A DNA stretch of 62,900 nucleotides, counting the filler, from Octopus bimaculoides (lineage: Eukaryota): the NCBI RefSeq assembly GCF_001194135.2. It is 2 parts of one record of this genome, joined end to end, with 100 filler letters (N's around TTAATTAATTAA, not from the genome) between each part and the next. Parts side by side here need not be neighbours in the genome. Positions count along the whole stretch, not along the records: positions 1 to 31,127 come from NC_068984.1; 1 more part is not named here. One strand, 5' to 3'. Positions 13,642-25,587 of the stretch are shown here, in pieces (position 1 is the first letter of the stretch; each line of letters starts with the position of its first letter). Both the position numbers and the translations under genes were made by a program. The notes under the pieces are model-generated. The model did no database searches and was not told the origin of the DNA. It saw nothing but the letters and a program-made list of their open reading frames with translations.

Positions 13642-14472
13642 GTAAGTCCAATTCATTGTCAACGTTTAGTTTTTGCATTATGTTGCCAAGCATTTTTCTA
13701 CCAGACCCCATCCACGCACATTCACATGAACAAATATACAAAATGCACACACGCAAATCCACCCCTACCCACCCAATACACACACAAACACGCAGATGTC
13801 GCACTTTTATGTAAACGACGAACCAAGTAAGGGCCATCTATGTGGTCTTTTGACCTGCAAAATATAATAGTCAGATTTCTACCTTTATCTTGGTGGATGA
13901 ACAAAAACTGGAAGGACACACCAGGGAGTGTGTGATTCTTGATATCATTCAACTACGGTAGTAGTTAAATAATATTCATAAGGCCGCAATTTACTCACAC
14001 GCAGCATCTTTCAGAGCTTGTCGTTAATTAAGTTCTTAACCAAATTGAAAATTGCTAACATTTTTGAAGACGATTGGTCCCTAGCTACATTTTGACATAA
14101 AAAAATTGAGATTTGGTCCAGTAGGAAAAAGTTTACATCAAAATAAGTGGCAACGTTATAGGAGAGTAAGTAACGTCACCAATCAAGTATATAACTTTTT
14201 TAAATATTTTTAAAGCAAAATATATTTATCTTAGCTTCAATGATAGAAGAAGGCATGAAGAATTTCATAGTTTTGTTCCCATGCAACAAAAATGTGTATC
14301 AAAAAATATAAGGCATAAAAAATTGGATTTAAGTATAATTAACTTTTTAATTTCAAAAACAACCAATTTATTTTAATTAAACTCAAATGATAGAGCTCAA
14401 TTCGAGGAACTTCTTGGTATCAATCTCATGCAATGAAGTTTTAAAAGAAAAATGTTATGAGGAGTTATATTT

Positions 14473-15035
14473 AGGCGTAGGCGTGACTGTGTGGTAAGTA
14501 GCTTGCTTACCAACCACATGGTTCCGGGTTCAGTCCCACTACATGGCACTTTGGGCAAGTGTCTTCNNNNNNNNNNNNNNNNNNNNNNNNNNNNNNNNNN
14601 NNNNNNNNNNNNNNNNNNNNNNNNNNNNNNNNNNNNNNNNNNNNNNNNNNNNNNNNNNNNNNNNNNNNNNNNNNNNNNNNNNNNNNNNNNNNNNNNNNNN
14701 GTCTTCTACTATAGCCTCGGGCTGACCAAAGACTTGTGAGTGGATTTGGTAGACGGAAACTGAAAGAAGCCCGTCGTATATATGTATATGTATATGTATA
14801 TATGTGTGTGTGTGTGTTTGTGTGTCTGTGTTTGTCCCCCCACCATCACTTGACAACCGGTGCTGGTGTGTTTACGTCCCCGTAACTTAGCGTTTCGGCA
14901 AAAAGAGACCGATAGAATAAGTACTAGGCTTACAAAGAATAAGTCCTGGGCTCGATTTTCTCGACTAAAGGCAGTGCTCCAGCATGGCAGAAGTCAAATG
15001 ACTGAAACAAGTAAAAGAGTAAAAGAGTAAAAGAG
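14473..15035 (+). mobile_element. SINE family B: tRNA head, CORE-like ttgggcaagtgtcttc, internal (TA)n(TG)n, 3' (AAAAGAGT)n tail; about 17 copies in the window
   Basis: A box gtgactgtgtggtaag and B box gggttcagtccc. Other copies lie near 9020, 9740, 21417, 22180/24030, 27130, 32570, 33220, 34490, 35010, 38660, 42240, 43505, 47430, 50280, 50590 and 62140. Confidence 0.88.
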
Positions 15036-15200
15036 TGTTTGTTTCTCAAATATGAAGGTGATAATATAATTCTATAAGGGGACTTTTAATCTATGTGACC
15101 GTCGTCATTGAGGTAAGGAAAAAATTATCAATGACACCGCTAATTGACACATTTGACACATTATTAATTAGCATAATAGCATAGCCTGGAAAAAAACATG

Positions 15201-16069
15201 GATTACATGAAAAAATGCGAGTAAGAGAAATAATATTCTTAAGATTATAAGCCTGGAAAAGTACAGGACAAGTTATTACGCCTGGAAAAGTTCAGAACAA
15301 GTTATTACATCTGATAGGTACAGAACAAGAAAATTTTTACTTAAAATATTGCAGCTAAGGATAAAAGTTATTTGATTTTAATTTACAAAGTAACATTATA
15401 ATTAAAAAAGGTACCATCATTTTAAAATATTGACACACTAGAATACTTAAAAAATGAGAGCCAGATGTATCAATAAAGCTAAAGCTTTATGCAAAGTAGA
15501 ATAGTATATATGGTAGGCAAATTCATTATGTAAAAAATAGGCATCGGGTCAAGACTAAAAGTGTGAAGACTTGGCAATAACTTAGCCAAAAACCCAAGGA
15601 AATTTTACTGTGAATTTGTTGTTATAGGTAAATTTTACTGTAATATATAACTAACTTTTGTATTATTCTATTTATTGTACTAATTATGTAATACTGTTAT
15701 TTTTCATAACCTATTTTCAAATTTCTAATTATTAATTAATAATTAAAAAATGAATTTTTTAAGTGCGAAAAATATGTTGAGTTACTTTCTTTTTATTTTT
15801 AATAGAAGTAACAAGTAATAACAAATAGAAGTAATAACTTGTAATCAAATTTTTAGTTTTAATAAAAGCTAATATTTTCTAAATCTAAATATTTTATTTG
15901 AAATTTTATCCTTAGCTGCAATATTTTAAGTAAAAGTTTTCTTGTTCTGTACTTTACCAGACGTAATAAGTTGTCCTGAACTTTTCCAAGTGTAATAACT
16001 TGTCCTGTAATTTTCCAGGTTTATAATCTTAAGAATATTTTTCTCTTGTTCGCATTTTCCCCTGTAATA
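15201..16069. mobile_element. Foldback/MITE-like element with about 166-bp inverted arms containing 29-bp subrepeats
   Basis: 15201-15366 is the reverse complement of 15904-16069 (e.g. ttacttaaaatattgcagctaaggataaaa / ttttatccttagctgcaatattttaagtaa). Subrepeat gcctggaaaagt(a/t)cag(g/a)acaagttattac. Confidence 0.8.
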
Positions 16070-16629
16070 CTGAATTTTGAAAAAATAAAATGTTATGTAT
16101 GTGGTTGTTTGCGCTGGTAGACGCAGTAGTCAAATTTCCGTTGTATCGCATCACAACCTATCATTTTAGAAGATGCAAAGGAAATCAAAGGACACTTTGG
16201 ATGATGTAATCTTAGATGTAATTGAATCTTGAAACAAAAAGATGAAACAGTCATGAATGAAATATTTTGACGTCATTGTTCTACTCGATCAGGTCTAAAG
16301 TCGACGGGTGGAAGAACAAAACCATATATGAACATTATATATACAAAGAACACTAGCTAAAGCGGTTGCTTTCACCAAGTTACTCACTGTACTATAAACA
16401 GCTACCAAATCAAGAGGCGGCGAGCCGTCAGTATTAGGACAAAATGCTTTATATCATTTATTCTGGTTTTACGTTCTGAGTTCAAATTGCACCGAAGTTG
16501 ATTTTTGCCTTACATCCTTTGAGAGCCGATATAATCGACTGACTTCTTTCGTCAAAAACATCAAGCCCTGTATCTATGAGAGAAATAAATAGATAAATAG
16601 CAGCCAAATTTTTCTGAAATTATACTCTG

Positions 16630-16776
16630 CAGCAATCTTGGGCAACCTGAAACCCGCGAGAATTTCTGAATGGCATGTCGAACGAAAAATTACCTTGAAA
16701 TTTTTTAGTAGTGAGGGCCGCCTGATGAGTCATGCTTCATGTGGCCTGCCTTTTCGAAAAAGGTTTCCCATGCCTG
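16630..16776. mobile_element. Degenerate hAT-like MITE
   Basis: Ends cagcaatcttgggcaacct / aggtttcccatgcctg resemble CAGGCATGGGCAACCT TIRs; no clean TSD. Confidence 0.4.
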
Positions 16777-16990
16777 CTCTATAATCTTTAGGACGGTATG
16801 ATAATGTAATCATATATTTACTGCACTTGAAAAGGGAATAGTCACAGCTGGAATATGCTTGTCCATTGATCTGTTTGATTAGCATACATAAGAAGCTAAA
16901 AAACGACATAGAGGAGTATACATTCACACGAATACTTACAAAAGTTAAATGAATGAACACTGACTTGCAAACCACACACACAAACATGCA

Positions 16991-17021
<31 letters not shown>

Positions 17022-17909
17022 ACTACATCTGCTAGCTTCAAGAATAAACATTTTTGACTTCGGTGAAAGTAGTACTGCATTTTCAGAGTAAGGGTTGTTT
17101 GTGTGTGTATGTTTGTGTGTGTAAGCGTTTGTGTGCATGTATACGTACACATAATGTCTATCTAAAAAGAAACCATCTTTTTTAAATGTGTAATTCAGTT
17201 ACAGTTTTATCATATTTCTCTTCTTCAAAGTGTATCCCGCTACCACTTATGCGTCGCTTCCAATGATCTTTTTAATATATAGCTTCTTTTTTAACGCGCT
17301 GTCATGTGCAATTCCCAGTTCTCGGAACGAATTTTCTTCGATCTCCTCTGCCACAAGAATTAGTGCCTTTTTTAGAGTGGATTTCCCCTGTAGGAACAAA
17401 CAATATTTGTAGGAGCTAAATCCGTTGTGTAGGAGGGAGAGAGAAAAGCAAACATTCCGTGGTTTGATAAAATAATGTCACAGACAAGAAGTGACTCATG
17501 AGCAGATGCATTGTCGTGGTGCAGCATTTCTAAATTTAGTCACTTGAGGCTGTCAAACTTTTTTGATACCAACCTACCTGAAACCACCTCTGGCCTGTTA
17601 CCCCAAATCCGCCTAAAACAGCCTCTAGCTCTATAACACAAACTTTGTTTTAAAGTGATCTAAATTTAAACTGTCCGTCGAATTTTTTTGTTAAATTATG
17701 CTCCAAACACCAGCTTAATAATTCCAAACTTAAAGGCGACGGTGCTGGTANNNNNNNNNNCTCAACTGGTACTTATTTTATCACTATAATAATAATAATA
17801 ATAAGTCAGAATTAAAAGAAGAAACGTTAACTGAGAACTGAAAAATTGAACAAGAAGCACGGTATATAATAATTACATAATAATATTCTTTTGATTTTTC
17901 TCTTCCTAG

Positions 17910-18058
17910 GGCGCCTACGAGATGCAACAGGAACATACGATTACGCTTTTATTGTGAATGGCGTTTTATTATTTACCAGTGCGACATTATTTTCTGTTGA
18001 GAGTTGCGTCAAGAAATGGGATAAAAAATCGCACAAAAACGACATCAGCAATACGTGA
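17910..18058 (+). CDS. SLC16/MCT family gene, terminal coding exon (TM12 and C-tail); absent from the ORF track
   Basis: Acceptor tttttctcttcctag|. Phase 1 continues as (G)RLRDATGTYDYAFIVNGVLLFTSATLFSVESCVKKWDKKSHKNDISNT, ending at TGA 18056-18058. G-x-L-x-D-x-T-G-x-Y is the typical MCT TM11/12 loop. Confidence 0.9.
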
Positions 18059-19022
18059 GAAAAACCATACCAAGAGAAATCATAAAAATACAAAAATCCA
18101 AAAACGCTTCTTTTATTCATTATGCATCGTTTCTAAATATTCTTTATTTTTGCTGGCAATACAACTCCATTTTTTTTGTTTCATAGTCATTCTGTCATTC
18201 CTTAATTCTTACACTGGTTTCAGTTACAGGACTGTCTGTAATACGGAAGTATTGCTATCAAGAATTTGGTTGCCTCACATCGATTTCACTTCCTATTTCA
18301 AATTGGTATTTATTGTATCGCATACTATTTATTGGACTGCTAAGTTACGGTTTTGACATCAAGGGGCGGAACTTGACGTCAATTTGTACCAGTAAACATA
18401 AAACAGATGTGGACACAAATAAGTACATACACACATTCATAGATACACACACACATATATAATTACAAAACTAGAGGAGTAGGGAACATCGCATTGGTGG
18501 ATGAGTAATTTCTTTCAATAGAAGAGCGCTGTTAATACAATGCCAATGGTTTCATACGAATACGTTCACAATTACTCAAGCGTTGTCTGAATGCTAGAGG
18601 CAACTCACGAGAATCCTAAACAATATTTCGTGCGGTCACATATGATACAAACAGATTCTCTTTTGCCGCCCGTAGGCAATTTTATTTTCTGTCTTCCAAG
18701 GGTAAATACTCAATCTTTCTCGGCTGTTTTCATAGCTATATTGCCTTCGAAATCTACTCTCTTGTCTGTAAATGACCAACAGATTCGGCGCTTCTAAAGT
18801 TTGTTTTATAATATAATATATCAGAATGTATAAGATTGAAATCCCCAGTGTCAGTCTTATAAATTCCAAATAGCATTCACTGGTCAAACGCGAAAATAGT
18901 TGCGATTGGAACATCATAGCCACATAGTTTTTTTTTTTCCTTCGTTTATCGAATTCCTTTATAACAATCCATTTACTTCGAAGACAGGATCGAAACCAGA
19001 ACAGTGAAATATTAGCTTTACA

Positions 19023-19264
19023 CAAGTGGTTCTCAACTTTTTTCTACCTATGAACCCTCTTGATTCCGGTCTTACTCGGGTGGACCCCTTTAGCCATGCG
19101 ATGATTAAAAAATTATATATTTTTATAATACTATAGGGAATTGAATTAAAAAATTGTTAAAATATTTTGTGTATTATAGAAAAGATTTATTGCACATAAA
19201 ATTTTAACTGCAAAATTTTACATATACCTCCAAGAATCATATGGATCCTGGTTGAGAACCATTG
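19023..19264. mobile_element. hAT (Charlie-like) MITE with 8-bp TSD
   Basis: TIRs caagtggttctcaac / gttgagaaccattg. Flanks gctttaca (19015-19022) and gcttttca (19265-19272) match at 7 of 8 positions. Confidence 0.8.
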
Positions 19265-21362
19265 GCTTTTCAGTCACCAGTTTGCAACCACGTTTTGTCA
19301 GCTCAATAAAATGCCTAGATGTATACCTCAACTGAAGTAGTTTCGAGTTACATCTTTTTCGACTTAACATTGTTTTGTAGTTTTTAAGAAATAAAGCTCA
19401 ACTTCAGTTGATTTATCCGACTTCACGCCGGTGACAAAGAACATATTTAAAAGCATGAGAAAAAAAGAAAAAAAAGAACACCTTGAAACCAGTACTGAAG
19501 TGGAAAATAAAATAGTATACATGTGAAAATATGTACATACAAACCATTAAAACAGACGTATGCTAACAAATTTTTCAACATTATTTTTCGTATTACATCG
19601 GATTTCGAGTTAAATCGCAAGTCTTGGCACTGGTTACCGACATAAGTTGATGTATACCTGTATGTTATATACTACTTCTGTATGATATACAGTAGTCTAT
19701 ACCTTATGCTACGCTCTGCATTATATTTTACGGCCTTTAAATGGATGCCTTCATACAAATCTTGTGCCTTGTCGAAAATGAAATAATAAAAATAAATAAA
19801 ACAAAACCATAATAAATGCAAGAGTACTGCACTTGACTAAATTGTTAGAACAATGTGTATATTTTGTCATTTTGCGTTACGAGTTCAAATACTCTTCGAA
19901 TCAATTCATATTGTTATCCTTTCTGGTATGAAAAAAAAATCAAATGCTAGTACAGATCTGGGTCAATATAATCAGCTGCAAAGTTATATTTATAATCCTC
20001 ATTTTGCGTAATTGAAATATGTCGGAAGAACTTGATGGATCGCAGCGTAAGTTACATAAAATTAAATGAAAATCTCTCTTTGATTTCTTCTATTTCAGTT
20101 CTAGGGTTCAAATGCCGTCCCGCTTCGATTCATTCTATATTTTGTTAAACTTCTCTTTCAGAGATTTAAAAAAAAAAATTAAGTTCTTTCCCGTGTCATA
20201 AAGACTCATAAGTGCGGCTTCTGTGGCGCATATATTCTCCACTGGACGGGATGCCGGTCCGCAGCAGAATTACTCATTCTTGCCTGTTGAGTGAACTGGA
20301 GCAACGTGAAATATAATATTTTACTTCAGAACACAACTCGGTTCAGCAATCGAAATCACAATCCGGAGCCCAATGCTTTTCATCCTTCCGGGGTCGATAA
20401 ATTAAGTACCAGCGAAACATTGGGGTCGATGTAATCGATTAGTCCTCTCCCGCAAAATTTTCTGGCGTTGGGTCTTTAGTCCAAAAGATTATTATTATAG
20501 GCGAGCTGGCAGAATTGTNNNNNNNNNNNNNNNNNNNNNNNNNNNNNNNNNNNNNNNNNNNNNNNNNNNNNNNNNNNNNNNNNNNNNNNNNNNNNNNNNN
20601 NNNNNNNNNNNNNNNNNNNNNNNNNNNNNNNNNNNNNNNNNNNNNNNNNNNNNNNNNNNNNNNNNNNNNNNNNNNNNNNNNNNNNNNNNNNNNNNNNNNN
20701 NNNNNNNNNNNNNNNNNNNNNNNNNNNNNNNNNNNNNNNNNNNNNNNNNNNNNNNNNNNNNNNNNNNNNNNNNNNNNNNNNNNNNNNNNNNNNNNNNNNN
20801 NNNNNNNNNNNNNNNNNNNNNNNNNNNNNNNNNNNNNNNNNNNNNNNNNNNNNNNNNNNNNNNNNNNNNNNNNNNNNNNNNNNNNNNNNNNNNNNNNNNN
20901 NNNNNNNNNNNNNNNNNNNNNNNNNNNNNNNNNNNNNNNNNNNNNNNNNNNNNNNNNNNNNNNNNNNNNNNNNNNNNNNNNNNNNNNNNNNNNNNNNNNN
21001 NNNNNNNNNNNNNNNNNNNNNNNNNNNNNNNNNNNNNNNNNNNNNNNNNNNNNNNNNNNNNNNNNNNNNNNNNNNNNNNNNNNNNNNNNNNNNNNNNNNN
21101 NNNNNNNNNNNNNNNNNNNNNNNNNNNNNNNNNNNNNNNNNNNNNNNNNNNNNNNNNNNNNNNNNNNNNNNNNNNNNNNNNNNNNNNNNNNNNNNNNNNN
21201 NNNNNNNNNNNNNNNNNNNNNNNNNNNNNNNNNNNNNNNNNNNNNNNNNNNNNNNNNNNNNNNNNNNNNNNNNNNNNNNNNNNNNNNNNNNNNNNNNNNN
21301 NNNNNNNNNNNNNNNNNNNNNNNNNNNNNNNNNNNNNNNNNNNNNNNNNNNNNNNNNNNNNN

Positions 21363-21447
<85 letters not shown>

Positions 21448-22046
21448 CGACGGGCTTCTTTCATTTCCCATCTACCAAATCCACTCACAAGGCTTTGGTC
21501 AGCCTGAGGTTATTGTAGAAGACTTGCTCCATGGTGCCATGCAGTGGGAGTGAACCCGGAACCATGTGGTTGGTAAGCAAGCAACTTACCACACAGTCAC
21601 ATACAAGCATACATACATACATATACAGATATATGGTTTATAATTAGAAGCTAGTACGCGTGAGAACTTATTTCAACAAGAGTTCAGTAATTATGAAGTG
21701 TATACATATTCATATGCATATCTTGCATATCTATCAAAATACACACACACACACACACGCACACACACACACACATATATACGCACACAGAGATATATAC
21801 ACACATGCACATTACATACTACCGACTACCCACCTACACATATAAACATATACTGGTATACGGAAATATGCCGCCACATACCTGCTCCACAGGGTAGACG
21901 ATAATTAGTTTTCAACGTTGTATTAATCATGAACAGTTTTCAAAAAAAAATATGTTCATAAAATTATGAATTATCTGGGACAGCAACATCAAAGAGAGAA
22001 AACGGAAAGAGTTAAACTCTGATGCATGATCATAGCACGTTTTCCG

Positions 22047-22132
<86 letters not shown>

Positions 22133-22718
22133 ACATATGCAAACACATGCATATACTCTGTGTGTGTGTGTATTCCTTTACGTGTTTCAATCATTCGACT
22201 GCGGCCATGCCGGAGTACTGCCTTTAGTCGAACAAATCGATCTCAGGACTTATTCTTTATAAGCCTAGTACTTATTCTATTGGGCATTTTTGCCGAACCG
22301 CTAAGTTACGGGACGTAAACACACCAACATCAGTTGTCAAGCGATGGTGGGAGGGACAAAGACATACAAGTACATANNNNNNNNNNNNNNNNNNNNNNNN
22401 NNNNNNNNNNNNNNNNNNNNNNNNNNNNNNNNNNNNNNNNNNNNNNNNNNNNNNNNNNNNNNNNNNNNNNNNNNNNNNNNNNNNNNNNNNNNNNNNNNNN
22501 NNNNNNNNNNNNNNNNNNNNNNNNNNNNNNNNNNNNNNNNNNNNNNNNNNNNNNNNNNNNNNNNNNNNNNNNNNNNNNNNNNNNNNNNNNNNNNNNNNNN
22601 NNNNNNNNNNNNNNNNNNNNNNNNNNNNNNNNNNNNNNNNNNNNNNNNNNNNNNNNNNNNNNNNNNNNNNNNNNNNNNNNNNNNNNNNNNNNNNNNNNNN
22701 NATATACATATATATATA

Positions 22719-24005
22719 TTAGGTTGGCAACTAAGTTCCCGCCGTTTTTTTTTTTAATCTAAATTTTTTAAACGGTTTAATAAAAAATAACAACTAATTA
22801 ATCAATAATGTATTCACACTTGTTGTTTACAACTTCTTCCCAACGTTCAACAAGATTTTCAATACCTCGTTGGTAGAGATCACCCGATTTCGACTCGAAA
22901 AATTGAACCAACCAAGCTCTCAATTCTGAATCAGTATTGAACGAAACTCCACGCATAGCATTTGAAAGAGATCGAAAGAAGTGGAAGTCCGTTGTTGCCA
23001 AATCAAGAGAGTACGGCGGGTGTGACAGCACTTCCCAGCCATGCGTTTAAATGGCTTCCTTGGTCGTATTGGTGATATGAGGGCGGGCCTTGTCGTGCAG
23101 CAGAAGAACTCCATGCTGACGATTAGGTCTTTTCTCTTGAATAGCCGTGTTGAGTTGTTCCATCCGTTGAACATAGAGTTCCGCGTTGACTGTTTGGTTC
23201 CGTTCAAGCAATTCGTAATGGATAATCCCTTCCCAGTCCCACCATACGCACAACATCGTTTTACGCGGATGAAGATCTTGTCTCACGCGTGGTGTCGCTT
23301 GTTTACCGGGGCTAAGTTATTCCTTACGCTGCTTCATATTGATGTACAGGTACCATTTTTCGCCGCCGGTAACGATTCGGTAAAGAAATCGTTGCTTGTG
23401 TCCATGAGTTGAGCGGTGACGAGCAAGCAAACCAGTGGAGATTGTGACTTGATTTTTGTTGTTGTCACTTAAAGCATGCAGAACCCATGCTCCTTACTTC
23501 TGAACCTTTCCTATCGAGTGAAGATGCTTCTCTATAGCAGTGTGGGAGCATTCCATTTTCTCTGCCAGTTCCTTTGTCGTTTGACGAGAATTTTCGTGCA
23601 AAAGCTGGTTTAATCGCTCTTCATCGAACTCAACTGGATGGTTAGAACGAGGTGCGCCTTTGAGGTCAAAATTTCCATTTTTGAACTTGGCATATCAATC
23701 ACGAGCGGATCTTTCAGCTATGGCACCCTCTCCATACACAGCACAAATGTCGCGAGTAGCTTTTGCGGCCTTAGAACCTTGATTAAAAGCAAAATGAAGG
23801 AGGTGTCGAAAATGCTCGTTTTTCTTAACTTGACATTCCATTTCAATGATCTGAAAATAAACAAAAATGAACTAAAATTAACTAGAAAAAAAATGATTAT
23901 AAAATTATTCAAAAACAGAATTCTCGAAAAAAGTAGATTCCAAAATTTAAAAACGCAATAAATTCCAAAATTTTAAAAAATGGCGGTAGCTCAGTTGCCA
24001 ACCCA

Positions 24006-24006
<1 letters not shown>
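22719..24006 (-). mobile_element. Full-length (1288 bp) mariner DNA transposon, mellifera-subfamily-like
   Basis: TIRs ttaggttggcaactaagttcccgccgtttt and (reverse complement) ttgggttggcaactgagctaccgccatttt; TA on both flanks; internal transposase. Confidence 0.93.
22798..23841 (-). pseudogene. Mariner transposase pseudogene (about 347 codons, with stops and frameshifts)
   Basis: MECQVKKNEHFRHLLHFAFNQGSKAAKATRDICAVYGEG..., WVLHA (compare WVPHE), MLCVWWDWEGIIHYELL, LLHDKARPH, HPPYSLDLATTDFHFF (compare YSPDLAPSD), ERWEEVVNNKCEYIID*. Confidence 0.92.
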
Positions 24007-24037
<31 letters not shown>

Positions 24038-24896
24038 GATGGGCTTCTTTCAGTTTCCGCCTATCAAATCCATTCACAAGGCTTTGGGCGCCCCGAAACT
24101 ATAGTAAAACACACTTGCCCAAGGTGCCACGCAGTGGAACTGAACCCGGGACCATAAAATTGGGAAACAAGCGTCTTACCACATAGCGACGCCTATATAT
24201 ATCTATATATTTATATACATATTTACATATTTACAAGCTTCAACTCAAGAGTTGCGGCTATGGAGGGACACCGCCGTTAGCTTTGCTACATTTTCACTAC
24301 TTGAAACCACCTCTGATACGTATGTATGTATGTATAGATCGGTGTAGATATGTAGATATATAGTAATATAGATATATAGTAGATATATGTAGATATATAG
24401 TAATAGGCGTCTGCCATAAGTTTTCCGACTGAAGGTGTTAACCCATTCCCCTTAATGCGTGCATCTGCTTATGTACTCATATATGAATTCATGTTGGTGT
24501 TTAACGTGTAAAATTGACACTTTTAAATATGAAATGATTGAATTTACTGCAGTATTTGTCCTGAGATAACATTTGTTATGGTTTTGCTGTGTTAAAAGCA
24601 TAATAAATACCAGAGGGTGACGAAAATTCGTTCCAGAAGAGGCTTGTGAGAGCGCCAGATTGATTCCGGCTTTTTTTTCTTTCTTTTAGCCTTTTCAATG
24701 GCACGAACTAACAGCCAGCCACATGTCTCAAGACAAAGACTCCAGTAACTGGCCTATTGACAATATGTATGCGTCAAGTATGTTACAAAGATGGCTATTT
24801 AAATTAAATTTAGCTTCAATTGCGTATACCAGATTTTTAAACAAGCGTACGCATATTCGCAAGACCAATAAAATTTTAAATCACATATTCCTATAT

Positions 24897-25085
24897 CACG
24901 GGCACTCCGTCGGTTACGACGTCGAGGGTTCCAGTTGATCCAATCAACTGAACAGCCTGCTCGTGAAATTAACGTGCATGTGGTTGAGCACTCCACAGAT
25001 ACGTGTACCCTTAACGTAGTTCTCAGCGAGATTCAACATGACACAGCGTAACAAGGCCAACACTTTGAAATACTATTCATTTTTG
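24897..25085 (-). mobile_element. SINE family C, 3' fragment (other copies 36181-36573, 42510-42838, 59075-59270)
   Basis: Shared ggcactccgtcggttacgacg..gagggttccagttgatc..acagcctgctcgtgaaattaacgtgca. Confidence 0.85.
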
Positions 25086-25547
25086 CTAGCTGAGTGAAAT
25101 TTTCCTAGATCAGAGATGATACAGGAATTCTCATTCACTGTATTTTGTGATGAAAATTTCTCGCTCTAGACAATAACGTGTAAACATACACCAAGTCGAT
25201 TCGAAGCGCCCTCTAACCAGACAGAAAAATGCTTATATTTCGGAGGGGTTATCTCTCTTAAGCACCGGATACCAGAAAGAGGAACGCTGCGAGCTAACAA
25301 GAAACTGATATCTCCTACATTCCCATCATCGTACTGTGATTGGTTGCGCTAAACGGTAGCTCTCTGTATATAAAATACGGAGTACAGGCATTAAGCGGTG
25401 GTGTGTATAAATACAAACTTCTTACCTGTTCAAATATGCTTCTACTCCGTATGTGTGTGTATGCACATATAGATACACACACACACACACACACACAAAC
25501 ACACACATATATGTTTATATATATACATATATATATATGTGTATATA

Positions 25548-25587
<40 letters not shown>

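Noticed and set aside
12123-13814. 563-aa ORF as a complete single-exon gene
   Set aside because: The N-terminal 57 codons are microsatellite and intron sequence, and the C-terminal 57 codons follow a GTAAGT donor. The real exon is 12295-13641.
14567-14700. 134 bp of missing sequence inside SINE-B
   Set aside because: gtcttc appears on both sides and the SINE is colinear without an insert, so the gap is probably spurious.
16715-16765. Hammerhead at ctgatgagtc..cgaaa
   Set aside because: Stem II has only one pair; it lies inside a hAT-like remnant.
17958-18356. 132-aa ORF as a separate gene
   Set aside because: It is an out-of-frame shadow over the MCT terminal exon and 3' UTR.
24678-24770. 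Possible exon after ttttctttcttttag
   Set aside because: Two frames are closed and the third has no recognisable homology; no partner exons were found.
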